A DNA stretch of 64,000 nucleotides, taken from positions 352,001-416,000 of the forward strand of contig CAWCPV010000003.1 in NCBI GenBank assembly GCA_963797555.1. The letters run 5' to 3'. The position numbers were made by a program, and so were the translations under genes. Of the stretch, positions 51,701 through 62,693 are shown piece by piece. A model generated the notes under the pieces. The model was not told where the DNA came from and did not search any database. It worked only from the letters and a program-made list of their open reading frames with translations. Each line of letters opens with the position of its first letter. The first letter of the stretch is position 1. The stretch is from an uncultured Gammaproteobacteria bacterium (GTDB lineage Bacteria; Pseudomonadota; Gammaproteobacteria; CAWCPV01).

Positions 51701-52220
51701 GGAGGAGCTGGAGGCCGCCGCCGACCAGATCGTCTGGTGTACGGGCACGGAGCCTGCCATCCGCCCCCACAGGCCCCAGGACCTCGGCGTGGTCGCCACC
51801 GACATCGTAGACGTCGTGCGCCGCTACGGAGACGGCGAGCTAGGGCCTCCTTCGGCCAATGCCATCCCGCTCCATCGGATAGACCGCATCCTGGTCATGG
51901 GTTCCACCGGCCTGCTCCGGGGCTTCCAGTCCGCCCTGGCAGGCAAGCTGCGCGCCCACTTTCCCCTCGACGTCCAGGCCATCGGCACGGTCGGCAGCCC
52001 CATGCAGTGTATGTTGAAAGGCGTGTGCGCCCAGTGCCTGCAGTGGCAAGTGGACCCGGAGACCGGCAGCCGGACGCGCGCGGTGTTCTCCTGCGCCCAG
52101 CAAGACCAGCCGCTGGCCTGGATCGATCTCGATAACCTAAAGGCGCGGCAGAACCAGAACCGCCTGCTGGACCGGCTGACCAGCCTGTGGCTGAGCCATG
52201 TGCTCGCGGGACCCGGCTGA
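48738..52220 (+). CDS. Large FAD-dependent Fe-S oxidoreductase (GltD-like + PyrK-like domains)
   Basis: YCIYCH, GCPLEE, TGHRICNDCMKAC, GMGPAG, IGGGLTAVD, GPTG, SPMQCMLKGVCAQC. Confidence 0.9.
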   Translation: MSDELKLPGLRFSDLFDPGGLARLDRQFQDELAARDREAQHRLRAYRETGHSWSGLDTSEFLLGLAAHVEAFIARLFGIEAELEAAKAATLSHDPVMVFKKEFVQRRARRYRGDIPDPFSVLDAWLSRQLTGAVGDVPEDRELAAAQFAAELLRDEIKNAEALERLTQWCVLALTDPAGRTAVQGWPSFQLPQKVDHARLVPLEAVEDDALQRLQANPARFRRRDGFQLTDRRMSARAVQGQVHYCIYCHDHDGDFCSKGFPEKKGQPELGLKVDPLGVSLTGCPLEEKVSEMHLLKRQGHTVAALAMAMADNPMVPATGHRICNDCMKACIYQKQDPVNIPQIETRVLTDVLDLPWGVEVYDLLTRWNPLRRRQYVMKPYNGRKVLVAGMGPAGFTMAHHLSMEGCAVVGIDGLKIEPLPAQLVTRPVRRWRDLEESLDERILSGFGGVAEYGITVRWDKNFLKLIYLSLLRRPTFQAFGGVRLGGTVTLEDAWRNGFDHVCVATGAGLPRVIPMGHSLARGMRQASDFLMALQLTGAAKESSLATLQVRLPAVVIGGGLTAVDTATEVQAYYVKQVEKVLARTEAVGVGRVQAGLGDEDRAILDELLAHGRAVRAERERAAEAGEAPDFLPLIRAWGGVTLAYRKGMNASPAYLRNHEEIIKAAEEGIYYAEGLDPLRAELDEHRHIRAVVFRRMECQQGRWLATRQEVTLPARSVFVAAGAVPNTIYEQEHAGTFELEGDHFLPHIEHPDGLQPVQVAQHCKAAEFGPFTSYRKEGHCVTFIGDTHPVFHGSVVKAIASASRSYPQVLAALGQLPPGDPSPDAYRAFRATMADLLSPRVAELHLDNPAVAELWVRAPLAARNFRPGQFYRLQTFESASPMVKGTRLQIPVMTVSGAGVKNDSVRLMILQWGVAPRLAARLKPGEPLILMGPTGSPTEIPQGSSILVVAGRWGAAVMLDIGPALRAAGNRVLYVAALAAAEELDRREELEAAADQIVWCTGTEPAIRPHRPQDLGVVATDIVDVVRRYGDGELGPPSANAIPLHRIDRILVMGSTGLLRGFQSALAGKLRAHFPLDVQAIGTVGSPMQCMLKGVCAQCLQWQVDPETGSRTRAVFSCAQQDQPLAWIDLDNLKARQNQNRLLDRLTSLWLSHVLAGPG

Positions 52221-52744
52221 CTTCATGCGCGAAGGACACTCTCGACGGTAGCCCGGCCGAGCTTGGCGCTCGGTCTCGCTGGGCCGGCCTCCCCGAGAGC
52301 GGATCGCCAGGCGGCATGCGTCAATCGCCGCGCCTGGAACATGAGTCGCTTCATCGGTGCATCGCCCCTTCCCGGGGCAGCGGAGGCATCGCGGACGTTG
52401 CCGCCGGCCAGCGGAGATGAAGCCATGCGGCGGAACGCCCGCAAGGGGCTTCCGCCTACGCGGGCTGCCAAAACAAATCACGATGGGCCTCGCAACGCGC
52501 CTCAACGTCTGCGCCCACAGCCCCATCGAGCTCATGCGGTGCGAGAAGCCTATGGCTGCCGCCCAACGGCCCACACGATATCACGTCCTCCGCAAAGGCT
52601 ACACGGCGAGACCTGACCCCGTAGGTTCCGCTCCGTGCCGTCACCTGGCGACGCGACTTCATGAGCCTGCCAAGCCAGTAACGCCGTGTTGGCGCGCGCC
52701 GGTCGCCGCCTCTACAATACGGTAAACAAGCGAGCCCCCAATCG

Positions 52745-54068
52745 ATGATGCCCGACACCAGCGACCTTCCTGCCATCGCACGCCTCTACCAGATCTGCGA
52801 GCCTTTGGAATCCCTGCACCCGACCGACCCGCGGTGGGTGAATTTCGACAACGTCCGCGGTGACGAGAACGTGGTCCAGCTCTATGCCCGCAGTTTGCGG
52901 CGGGCAACGCCTGAACGACCTGACTTCAAGCTGTTCACCGGTCACCGCGGCGTAGGGAAGACCAGCGAACTCTTCCGCCTCAAAGCGTTGCTGGAGCAGC
53001 CCGGCGACGGCAAGCTAGGCTTTCTCGTGGTGTTCTGCGATGTCAGCGACCGGCTCGATGTCAACGACCTGGATTTCCCCGACCTGCTGGTCTTCGTCGC
53101 GGCCACAACTGCAGACGCAACTCGACGCGCTTCGACTGCCGGGTTTCAGCCCCGTCACCACCCATCTCAAACGCGTTTGGGAAGACATCCGCGAAATGCT
53201 GGGTAGTCAGGTGGAGCTGAAGGGAGTCGAGGTGGACGTCGGTTTCGGCAACCTGACGTTGGAACTCCGCAACCGTCCCAACTCTCGCGGACTGCTGCGG
53301 AATGCTGTGGAAAAGCACAGCACGTCGCTGCTCAATGCGGTGAATGATCTGCTGTCTTCGGCGGAAACCTCCGCCCGCACCGCCGGCCATGCCGGCTTGG
53401 TGCTGATCATCGACGGCCTGGACAAGCTGGTTCGGCGCAACCTCGGCAACGGCAACAACACCCACGACCGTCTGTTTATCGATCGCAGCGAGCAGCTCGC
53501 CTCGTTGCGCGTCCATACCGTCTACACGGTGCCTATCTCGCTGAATCTACTCGCCGCGCTTTGGCCAGCTTGAGCAGTCCGTGGGTGAGCACAACGCCCC
53601 GGTCTCCATGATCCGCCTCAGACCGAGGCGCGAAGCGCCGGTGAGCCCAGATTCGCCCGGCATGGCCAAGATGCGGGAGATGGTCGAGAGGCGTTGCACC
53701 TGTGCCGGCACGTCGCTGCGGGACGCCTTCGACAATACCGAAACATTGGACCATCTCTGCGAGATGAGCGGCGGTCACCCTCGCCACCTGATGATGTTCC
53801 TGCGGCCTGCAACGAGCTGGACGATCTCCCGATCACGCGCAAGGCGGCCGATAAGGCCGTTCGCAAGTACGGCAACGCGCTGCTGCGCGAGGTGCCGGAT
53901 CCGGCCTGGGATGCTCTGCCGAAGTTCAACGAGCCCCAGCGGGACATCCCGAAGGACGACCTCCACCAGCAGATGCTGTTCCTGCTGTTCGTGTTCGAGT
54001 ACATGAATGGTGAGATGTGGTATGAGGTCAACCCGGTGCTGCGGACCCTTGAGCGCTTCCGTCGCTGA
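52745..54068 (+). CDS. P-loop ATP-binding protein (several frameshifts)
   Basis: FTGHRGVGKTSEL, LIIDGLDK, SGGHPRHLM, FEYMNGEMWYEVNP across four ORF pieces. Confidence 0.85.
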
Positions 54069-55092
54069 GTCCGCTGTCGAGCAGGCTGGCGAAGCGTTCC
54101 GCGCGTTGCGCCGCGGCATCGTGCGCAGCCGCGGCTTCTCGCTACATATCTGCGCCTGCGACGCGCCGGCCAGCCGCGACCAGTTCATCGCCAACCTCGC
54201 TGCGTCCATGCCGGCGGTCACCCTTCATCGCGTCGAGCTGGCCGGCACTGACGACGATGCGCTGGATGCGGTGGTCAAGGTCCTAGAAAACGGTTCACCC
54301 GGGCCCGTGATGGTGGTGGGCACCGAGCGCGCACTTGCCGACGATGCCCATGCGCAACGCTTGCTGAGCGGCCTCAATCTTCGCCGCGCGGAATGGCCAG
54401 CGCGCGTCCCGCATCCCGTCATCTTCTGGCTGCCACGCCGGTTCTTGGGCCTCTTGACGATCGGCGCGCCCGATTTCTTCGACTGGCGCAGCGACACCAT
54501 CGAGTTCCCGGAACTCAGTAGCGACGACGTACGTCCCCTCGCCCACCGAGACTGGAAGTTCGGCGTAGATCCGCGCTTCTCGGCGCAGGAACGGGAGGAA
54601 CGCTTGCGAGAGCTGAAAGCTCGCATCGCGGCCTCCCGGGGCTCAGATGACGAAAATGTCGTCAGGAACTGCTTGGAATGGTGGGATGAGGTCGCTGAAC
54701 TAGAGTTGGTGCGGGGCGGTATCGACGAGGCCCTGCGCATCCGCACCGAGGAGCAGCTGCCGGTCTTCGAGCGCCTCGGCGACGTGCGCGAGAAAGCCAT
54801 CACCCAGGGCCAGATCGCCGACATCCTCCAGGCCCGCGGCCAGCTCGACGAGGCCCTGCGCATCCGCACCGAGGAGCAGCTGCCGGTCTTCGAGCGCCTC
54901 GGCGACGTGCGCTCGCTGCTGGTCTGCCGCGCGAATATCGCGCTGACGCTGCTGGCACTTCGAAAGGCCGACCAGCGCGCGCATGCGAACAAGCTGCTCT
55001 GCCTGGCCTTAGCCGATGCGCGCCGCCTGCGCCTCACAGAGGAGGATGAAATCAATCAGATCCTGCGCCAGAACGGGATGGAATGCGCGTGA
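54049..55092 (+). CDS. TPR-repeat protein with degenerate NTPase-like N-domain
   Basis: LNLRR..W....HPVIFW, APDFFDWRS; two identical EALRIRTEEQLPVFERLGDVR units 123 bp apart. Confidence 0.8.
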   Translation: MSASVAESAVEQAGEAFRALRRGIVRSRGFSLHICACDAPASRDQFIANLAASMPAVTLHRVELAGTDDDALDAVVKVLENGSPGPVMVVGTERALADDAHAQRLLSGLNLRRAEWPARVPHPVIFWLPRRFLGLLTIGAPDFFDWRSDTIEFPELSSDDVRPLAHRDWKFGVDPRFSAQEREERLRELKARIAASRGSDDENVVRNCLEWWDEVAELELVRGGIDEALRIRTEEQLPVFERLGDVREKAITQGQIADILQARGQLDEALRIRTEEQLPVFERLGDVRSLLVCRANIALTLLALRKADQRAHANKLLCLALADARRLRLTEEDEINQILRQNGMECA

Positions 55093-55107
55093 AATGGGGT
55101 CAAATAC

Positions 55108-55389
55108 GAATGGCACTTACTTAAGCGTAACTGACTGAATTTTCGATCAGAAAGGCTGGCGGAGGTGATAAGGCTGTCAGTCGCCAAACCCAACCCATCA
55201 CCCAGGGAGCCAGCCCACATGCATCCTAGCCACTGCGCCTGCGCTCAGCAACACCGACGGATCCGTCATCAGGCCGCCAACACGGATTCCTACGCGTTTT
55301 TCAACCTGCTCACCGGCCCACGGTTGTTCGAACAAGTCGAGTTGCTGCTGCCTGAGCACCGTGAGCGGCTGTTTCCACCCACCGAGACT
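55108..55389 (+). mobile_element. IS4-family remnant (left IR + truncated transposase N-terminus)
   Basis: GAATGGCACTTACTTAAG end; FFNLLTGP.L...VE.LLPEHRERLFPPTET then similarity stops. Confidence 0.75.
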
Positions 55390-55413
55390 TTCCGGAAGCT
55401 CTTTGGTCGCCAT

Positions 55414-55606
55414 CTCCGGAGCCAGCTTGCGGCGGGTGCCTTTCTAGTGTCCAATGACTGTGCGCTGACGTGAAGAATCTCGGGGCGGCGGACCACGGCC
55501 GCCACAGGGAGGGACACAATCCATGGCCGAAGTGCCCACCAAGCGCCTGAAGCTCGAGGACACGCGCTACCTGTCGCCGCCGCTCGTCGGCGAACCGCTC
55601 TATCAG
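55414..55606 (+). repeat. Partial duplication of upstream region and first ~28 codons of the hydrolase gene (other copy 55782-55975)
   Basis: Both copies encode MAEVPTKRLKLEDTRYLSPPLVGEPLYQ with a shared upstream region. Confidence 0.9.
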
Positions 55607-55891
55607 CAATGCAATGGGGTCAGACACCGTTACCTCGTATTCCGGCGCCGTGAGACTGGCTTCGTTCGAACGGAGAGCAAAGCCAGAAGCTTCTGCCGTG
55701 CCGTCTCCCTCGGTTGCGTCCTCGGCCGCCCCTGCCAGCCTTTCCAGGTACCGGCGGCAAAGGGAGTAATCACCATTGTGCCTCCGGAAAGCCGCTTGCA
55801 GCGGGTGCCTTTCTAGTGTCCAATGGCCGGGCGCTGACGTGAAGGATCTCGGGGCGGCGGATCACGGCCGCCATAGGGAGGGAGACAATCC

Positions 55892-58448
55892 ATGGCCGAA
55901 GTGCCCACCAAGCGCCTCAAGCTCGAGGACACGCGCTACCTGTCGCCGCCGCTCGTCGGCGAACCGCTCTACCAGTGCGCGCAAGCCGTCGTGGTCTACG
56001 GCTTCGACGTCGGCGCAACCCTAGACCTCGAGCGCAACGGCGCCATCGTGCTGGCCGGCGTTCCGGGCGGATTTCCGCAGCCGCAGGGCGCCCTCCTGAC
56101 GTTGCCGGCGCCGCTCGTGGCCGGCGATGTCATCCGGGCGCGCCAGAAAGCCAACGGCATGACTAGCGGCTGGTCGCCAGCAGTGACCGTCCGCGATCAC
56201 AGCCAGGAGTATCCCGATGGACCGCCGCGGCCGCAGATCGACCCAGCGCCGGTCTACCAGTGCGGCTCGCGCACCGGCGTGGACAACCTGCTGACGGGCT
56301 GCGACGTGTGGGTCACGGCGGACGCGGTCGAGGTCGGCAAGGTCAAGGGTGCCGCGCCGCACCAGGGCGTCAACGTCGACGCCGGACTATGGGCTGGGCC
56401 AGGAGGTCCGCGCCTGGGCGAGCATGTGCGACGACGCCAGCCCGCCATCGATCGCCTACGACACCATCGCCCCGCCCAATCCTCTGCCGACGCCGGGGAT
56501 CGACCCCGCCTACGAGGGCACCCAGCAGATCCGCATCACCAATCTCGTGAACGGCGCACGCTTCGAGCTGTCGCTGAACGGCAGCTCGCTCGGCGTCTGG
56601 CGAACCTGGGGTTATGCCCATCTGGTCGGTCTTTCGTCGCCGCTCAACACCGGCGACACGCTATCGGTCGTGCAGCGGATGTGCCCCGGCAATCCGTCCA
56701 GCAATCCGGGCGGTACCACGGTCCTGCCGTGCTCGGCGCTGCCGGCCCCGCAAGTTGCGCCGATCCAGTGCGGCGACACGGCAGTCACCATCACTCAAAT
56801 GGCGAGCGGCGCCACGATCAAGGTCTACGTCAACCACGTGAAGGCCGGCGAAGGCGGCGGTCCCGGCGTGCTGCTCAATCACGCGATTCAGCACGGCGAC
56901 GTCGTCAGACGTCGTTCAAACGCTCGGCAAGTGCGTCAGCCAGTTCGCACAAGAACTCACCTGCCTGTGCGTCGCGCCTCACGTGACCTTCGACCCGTCG
57001 GCCCTCGACCTCTTTCCGGTGGGCTTCGCCGATTACGACGGCGGGTCGGTCAGCGTCGGCGGGCAGACGCTGGACGTCCGCGGCACCGTTTACTATCCGG
57101 CGGAAGACGACGGCGCGAGCCAGCCATTCAACGAGCGGCGCGGCAAGCGCGGCCCCGTCCCGCTGATCTTCATGGCGCACGGCAATCATTGCCCCGCAAC
57201 GGTCCCGAGCCACCTTGGCTACGACTACTTCCAGCAAGCGCTTGCGAAAATGGGGTTCGTCGCGGTGTCCGTCGATTGCAACGAGTTGAACTGCTCGGCC
57301 TCGGGTCCGGGCAACATCGTCGACCGCGCCGACCTCATCAACGCGTCGATCGCGCACTTCCAGTCACTCAACGCGGGCGACCCGATATTCAAGGGCCACC
57401 TGGATTTCCTGAAGGTCGGGCTCATGGGACACTCGCGCGGCGGCGAGGCCGTGGTGATTGCGCCCATTCGCGCGAGCAAGCCGGCCGGCGTGGCGATTCT
57501 CTGCGTGCTGTCGCTCGCTCCGACCGACTGGGGCGCGACCAGCGGTCCGCCCACGGACTACGAATTCCTCACGCTGTTGCCCGCCGCGGACGGCGACGTG
57601 TGGAGCAACGACGGCGCGAAGTATTACGACCGCTGCCTGCCGCCCTCGTTCAAGTCGCAGCTCTATGTCCACAATGCATGCCACAACTATTTCAACCGGC
57701 AGTGGCTGAACAACGACAACGGAGGAACGTTGCCGACCATGGCGCGCTCCGACCACGAGCGGGTGCTGCTCGCTTACGGTTGCGCGTTCTTCCGCCGCGT
57801 GCTGGCAGGCCACGACACGGCCGGGATTCCTGGTCGGCAGCGAGTTGCCGCCCGCGACGCCGACCTCGCTCGTCCACCTGGCCTTCAAGTGGACGAAGGC
57901 GACGACGGTGGACGATCATCAGCAGAACAACACGATCGCCAAGAATTCACTCAACGAACCGACGGCCCAGACCGGCCTCACGGCCGACGAGTTCGGGATG
58001 AGCCAGACCGCGGCCAACCAGTTCAACGGCTCCTTCTTCGGCGACTCGATCGGCATGGTCGCGGTGCCCAAGAAGGCCAACGGCACATTTCGCTCGCAAC
58101 TCAAGCCCAAGACGAATCTCGCCGCCAAGGAGATCTGGATTCGTGTTGCGGATGTGTTCACGGGAGCTTTTCCGTCGGCTGCCACAGGATTCGAACTTGG
58201 GCTGGAATTGGCCAATGGATCGGTCAAGTGGGTGGACTCGGAGGACATTGGCGGTGTGCCGTTGCCGTTTGACTACGGCAGTACGACCAAGAGCATGTTG
58301 TCGACGCTGCGCTTTCCGGTCCGATGTTTCCATCTCGTCGAAAAGCGATAGCGCAATCCGCGCCATTCTGTTGCGCCTCAATCGTACGAAGGCGAGAGCG
58401 CTGGCGTTCGACGACCTGCAAATCGTCTGGGCGCGGAGATCGACATGA
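55892..58448 (+). CDS. Multidomain protein: repeated Ig-like/Cys-Pro modules + alpha/beta hydrolase + C-terminal beta domain (several frameshifts)
   Basis: Repeated L..GD.I...Q modules; PLIFMAHGNH, GYDY, GHSRGG nucleophile elbow, DGDV, HNYFN. Confidence 0.75.
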
Positions 58449-58847
58449 CAATGCAAGACGACGGAACCGGGCGCGAAAGGCCCCGCGAACGATAAGCCGA
58501 TGACGTGCCTGCGGTCAAGTCGGCGGTCGCACGCCGTGTCCGTTACGAGAAACCGCGTCGTTTCTTCGAGCACGGAAAGGAATACACGAGAGTCCGACGT
58601 GATCGAAATCGACGTGGAAACCGACGCCGAGTTCCCGTTAGCCGGGACCGGACCCGCGCTGTTCGTTGGCAAGGTTCCCATCATCGACAGCGTGCGTGTC
58701 GCCGAGCGCCAGTATCGCTTCTTCGCGCCTGCGTCTTTGTCGCTGCGAAAAGGCGCGCCCATTGCGCTCGGACGGGCGGGCTCGGGCGTTCCCGTTCCGG
58801 AAAAGAAGACCAAGCTGAAGCTCGAGTGGAGCGGTGAGGTGATATGA
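58445..58847 (+). CDS. Hypothetical partner protein (frameshifted)
   Basis: ATGA-coupled to hydrolase stop; GPALFVGKVPI...YRFFAP...IALG. Confidence 0.55.
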
Positions 58848-59939
58848 ACGGCGCGGCGCATGCCTGGTGCCTGCCGTCCCGTCGCCCTCGGTCCACATAA
58901 AGGGCTCTGACCCGACGGTTGAGGGTTCAGGGGCCCGGACAACCCGCCCAGTCGCCCAGCCGGCGCGCCGGGCTTGACAACCCGGCTCGCGCTCGTCCAG
59001 ACTTCGCCGGTGTGCAAGGCGCTCTGTCCGGGGGCCTGCACGGGGCAAGTCAGTCCATCTGGGGCGGCGGATAGATCACCCGGATGCATCCTCAGCCTGC
59101 CGAAGGGCGCGTCCTGAGCGGGGCCACGTTCCCCCGCCTCAAACACACTTCTGCCGAAGGAGCTACGAAATATGGAAGCCTCAACAACCATTAGAAAAAT
59201 GATGGCCGGCAACAGAATTGTGGTGCCCGCTTATCAGCGCGCGTACTCGTCGGATACCCCCACAAAGAACTCCGACATAACCACCCAAACGGATGTATTC
59301 TTACTAGATTTAGAGGAATACGGCAGAAGCAACACACAAAGCCCGCATTACTTTGGCCACTTTATTTTTGAAGAACACAACGACGCGTTTAGTGTAATTG
59401 ACGGCCAACAACGGCTAACGACCCTTGTTATCTTTTTATCTGCTCTTTTTGCCAAGCTAAAAGCCAGGGCTTTGACGGAAGAAGAAGAAGAGTGCTATGA
59501 AGACATGGTGAAGCGACGGAACAAAATACGCTTTTTGACTGTTGACTACGATGAGCAGCTATTCCTCGACTACGTAATAAATCAGACCAAGTCCGACCAT
59601 AACGGCCTTGATACGGAATCTTCGCGGAGAATCGTCAGAGCATTTGACTTTTTCAAAGAGCAACTCACCGAAAAGTCCGAAGACTATTTGATTAAAATGC
59701 TTTCTATTATTAGCGAGGCAACTTGCACAACGCACCCGGTCACGAATGAATCCGAAGCAATACAGATGTTCATATTTCAAAACAACCGAGGGAAGCGGCC
59801 GTCAAACCTCGAAATTATCAAAGCGCAATTCATGTACCATGTCCACTTGTATGGGAACGACGACAAAGACGGATTAGTGAAGGAAATTAAAAACCGTTTT
59901 GAAAAAATCTACAAATCAATCTCATCGGTCGAATATAGA

Positions 59940-61604
59940 CCTGGATCCATGACTTGAATCTCCGAGCGCCCGGGGCGCGAGAGAATGGGAGCTATTCTCA
60001 GTTGAGTTGGTTAGTTTTTAGCCAACCGGTGACGCCGGCTATGTACAGCGGGCGTAGACCCTCGTCGGCGCAGGAGTGACGGCGGGGCTTTGAGGCTTGG
60101 ACGCTGAATTTCGGGCGTAGGTTTACACCGGGGTCTGGTGAGGCCCGGGTCGAGTTTCTATGGAGGTCGTCCTAGCTACCCGAAGGCGAGTTGGTAATAC
60201 AGCTGCTCGAAGGCGCGGAAGCCGGGACAGAGCCGGCTGAAGCGCAGCTTCAGTCTGCGGGCGGTGGCGACCAACCGGGCGGCGAGGTACATCAGTTCCT
60301 GGAGGACGGTCTTGATCCGCCGGCGCTTGGCCGGATGGCGCAGGGGAGCCGACTCGCCGGTCAGCCCGATGAGCCCGATGAAGCGCAGGATGTTGTAGGC
60401 GAACACGGCAAAGGCGAGCACCAGGTCATTGGTGTCGAATTTCCCGGAGGGCAGCCGTTCGATATCGAGGTCGGTCTTGAACTCGCTGTGGAACTGCTCG
60501 GAGGTGCCGTGGTCACGGTACAGGGCGACAATCTCCGCGTCCGGATAGGCGAGCAAGGTCCACCAGCCCTCGAGCTCCAGCTCCGGTACCAACAGCGCCT
60601 GGCCCTTCTTGTCGATGGTGCGCTCGGTCACCCGCATCACCCGGCGAACGTGGTAGGTGTGCTCCCGATGGGGGTGCTCCTCGACGACGCTGAACAGCGC
60701 CACGCGCTTGCCGGGTCGGGGTGTCTCCCATGCCCCTTGGCGCTCGGCGCGCTCCAGCCAATGGGCAGGGTCCTCGCCCCGAGGGTTCCACTGGATAATG
60801 AAGTCCACCTCCTCTTCGAGGTAGCGCAGCCGGTTCTCCAAGGCGTTGTGGGCGCTGTCCTGGCGCACCAGCAGCGGCAGTTTGGTCAGGCGCCTGGCCC
60901 GCGGCAGGATGCGCTCCCAGACCTAGCCGAATTCCTTCTGACTGTGCTGCTTGCCTTCTCGCAGCTCACAGCCGACGCACCACCCTTCGGTTCCCACATA
61001 GGTCGCGATCGGCGCATAACCGTCATAGCCGTGGTAGGTGCGCGAGACTCCTTCTTGCTTGGTCCCGGAGTTGTCCATGGGAAAGACATCGATGTCCACC
61101 GGCACATGACCGGTCTTGAGCGCACTGACCGGTGCCTTGGCGTTGACCATGAACTCGATATCGGCCTCGTCAATGACCTCCCGCAGGACCGCTGCGTGCT
61201 CGTCAAGACGCTGCCTCAGCGTTTCTGGCGAGGGTACCCGCTCCAGCCCCAACGCCTGGCGGAAGAAATCGTCCTCTCGGACGTTGGAGACCGCTTCGAA
61301 GTCACTCTTGCCCAAACACATCAACCCCAGATAGCTCTTGGCTACGTCTTCATGGGAGATGCCGTGGCGTAGCGGGATCGCCTGCTTCAGCGCCTTGCCC
61401 AGGCCGCTGAAGCGGTTGACGCAAAGACCGACCAAGGCCAGACCAGAATGGGAGGTGTAAAATTCCTCATCGGACTGCTCCAAGATGAACCGCTTCATCG
61501 TTCACCTGCCGGGTGAGCTGGAGTGCGGCCCGATTTTAGCTGAACTGCAATGATAAATCAGCAGGTTGCGGCCATCCGCTGAGACGCGAAGTCACGGAAT
61601 CAGG
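59940..61604 (-). mobile_element. IS1380-family insertion sequence
   Basis: IRs CCTGGATCCATGACTT / (rc) CCTGATTCCGTGACTT; 5-bp TSD ATAGA at 59935-59939 and 61605-61609. Confidence 0.93.
60176..61498 (-). pseudogene. IS1380 transposase with in-frame TAG at 60923-60925
   Basis: PSPETLRQR, DIDVFPMDN, LREGKQHSQ, Y..HGTSEQFHSEFK..L..ERLPSGKF; both ORF pieces are in the same frame. Confidence 0.88.
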
Positions 61605-62550
61605 ATAGAATCAATGAAGACGATGTTTTGTTGTACACACTACACGTGAATTTCAATTCGCTGTGGGAAACGAATTCTTTAGATAGATGCAACAAGATTT
61701 TGGCTGACGGCAATCAAATCCCATTTATAAGAGCGTTTACAGACTCACTCTCGAAAAGTTTTGAGTGCCTTTCGGTGTTTTTCGGCAGTCATGAGCGGAA
61801 CAACTTTGAGATTCATTCATTGGTAACACTTGGCGGCATAGGCGTTGCGTTGCCGTTTATAATTAAAGCGTGTAGATATGGTTTGTCGCGTGATGAGATT
61901 GGTGGGCTGTGTTCATCGTTAGAAGCACTGGTGCTTCGGCATAGGATAATCGGTACGCGAGCAGACATTACCTCAAGAGTCAACGATGTGTTCGAGAAGT
62001 TTACGGAAAACGACAAGGACACGTCCCCGATAGTTTCGCGAATCGATTGGATGAAGACGACGACGGACTGGTGGTGTGCCCACTGGAACAATGAAAAATT
62101 TAGGGAGGCCCTTCAAGGGGGGCTCAATCATTCAGTTGCAAAATTCCTGCTCTGGAAATATGAAAATCACCTGATAGGAATTGGCAAGGGCGGCTCTATT
62201 TCGCGCTACGACCAAATTGAGCGACCGGAGCTCGAACACATTGCTCCGATTACGGAGCCTGAAAGTAGGCCGCACGGGTATGACACATATGACGAAGAGT
62301 TTTGTAATCAATTTATAGACTGCCTAGGCAATTACTTGCTTTTAACAAGAAGGCACAACCGTTCCATCCAGAACGATCCATTTCTGGTAAAACACGAGGA
62401 CTATACGTGGCTTGCACAGCAAAGGGAGGTGCGAAAGTTAGTTCCACACCCCGACACGGGCATCTGGAGCAGGCAGATAATACAAGAGAGGAAGGAAAGG
62501 ATCATTGCAGTAATCATGGCGATTTGCTGAAGGCCGATAGGAAGTCGTGC

Positions 62551-62670
62551 ACAGCTACAGCTACAGCTAATGGGGTCCAGCTACAGCTACAGCTACAGCT
62601 ACAGCTACAGCTACAGCTACAGCTAACAGCTAACAGCTAATGGGGTCAGACACGTAACAGCTAATCAGCT
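62551..62670. repeat. (ACAGCT)n hexamer tract interleaved with AATGGGGTC motifs
   Basis: Directly visible tandem ACAGCT units. Confidence 0.85.
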
Positions 62671-62693
62671 AATGGGGTCAGACACGATAATCT

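Larger units (their letters stand above)
59172..62530 (+). pseudogene. GmrSD-type modification-dependent restriction protein (DUF262 + DUF1524/HNH) split by IS1380
   Basis: VPAYQRAY, VIDGQQRLTT, FIFQNNRGK; ELEHIAP, LGNYLLL...N; removing the IS and one ATAGA rejoins VEYR-INEDDVLLY in frame; low GC. Confidence 0.9.

Noticed and set aside
6585-58847. Numerous frameshifts read as pseudogenisation or programmed frameshifting
   Set aside because: They also hit ordinary core genes (srkA, GT4, Trx-NHL), often as single-base indels; sequencing/assembly error is more parsimonious
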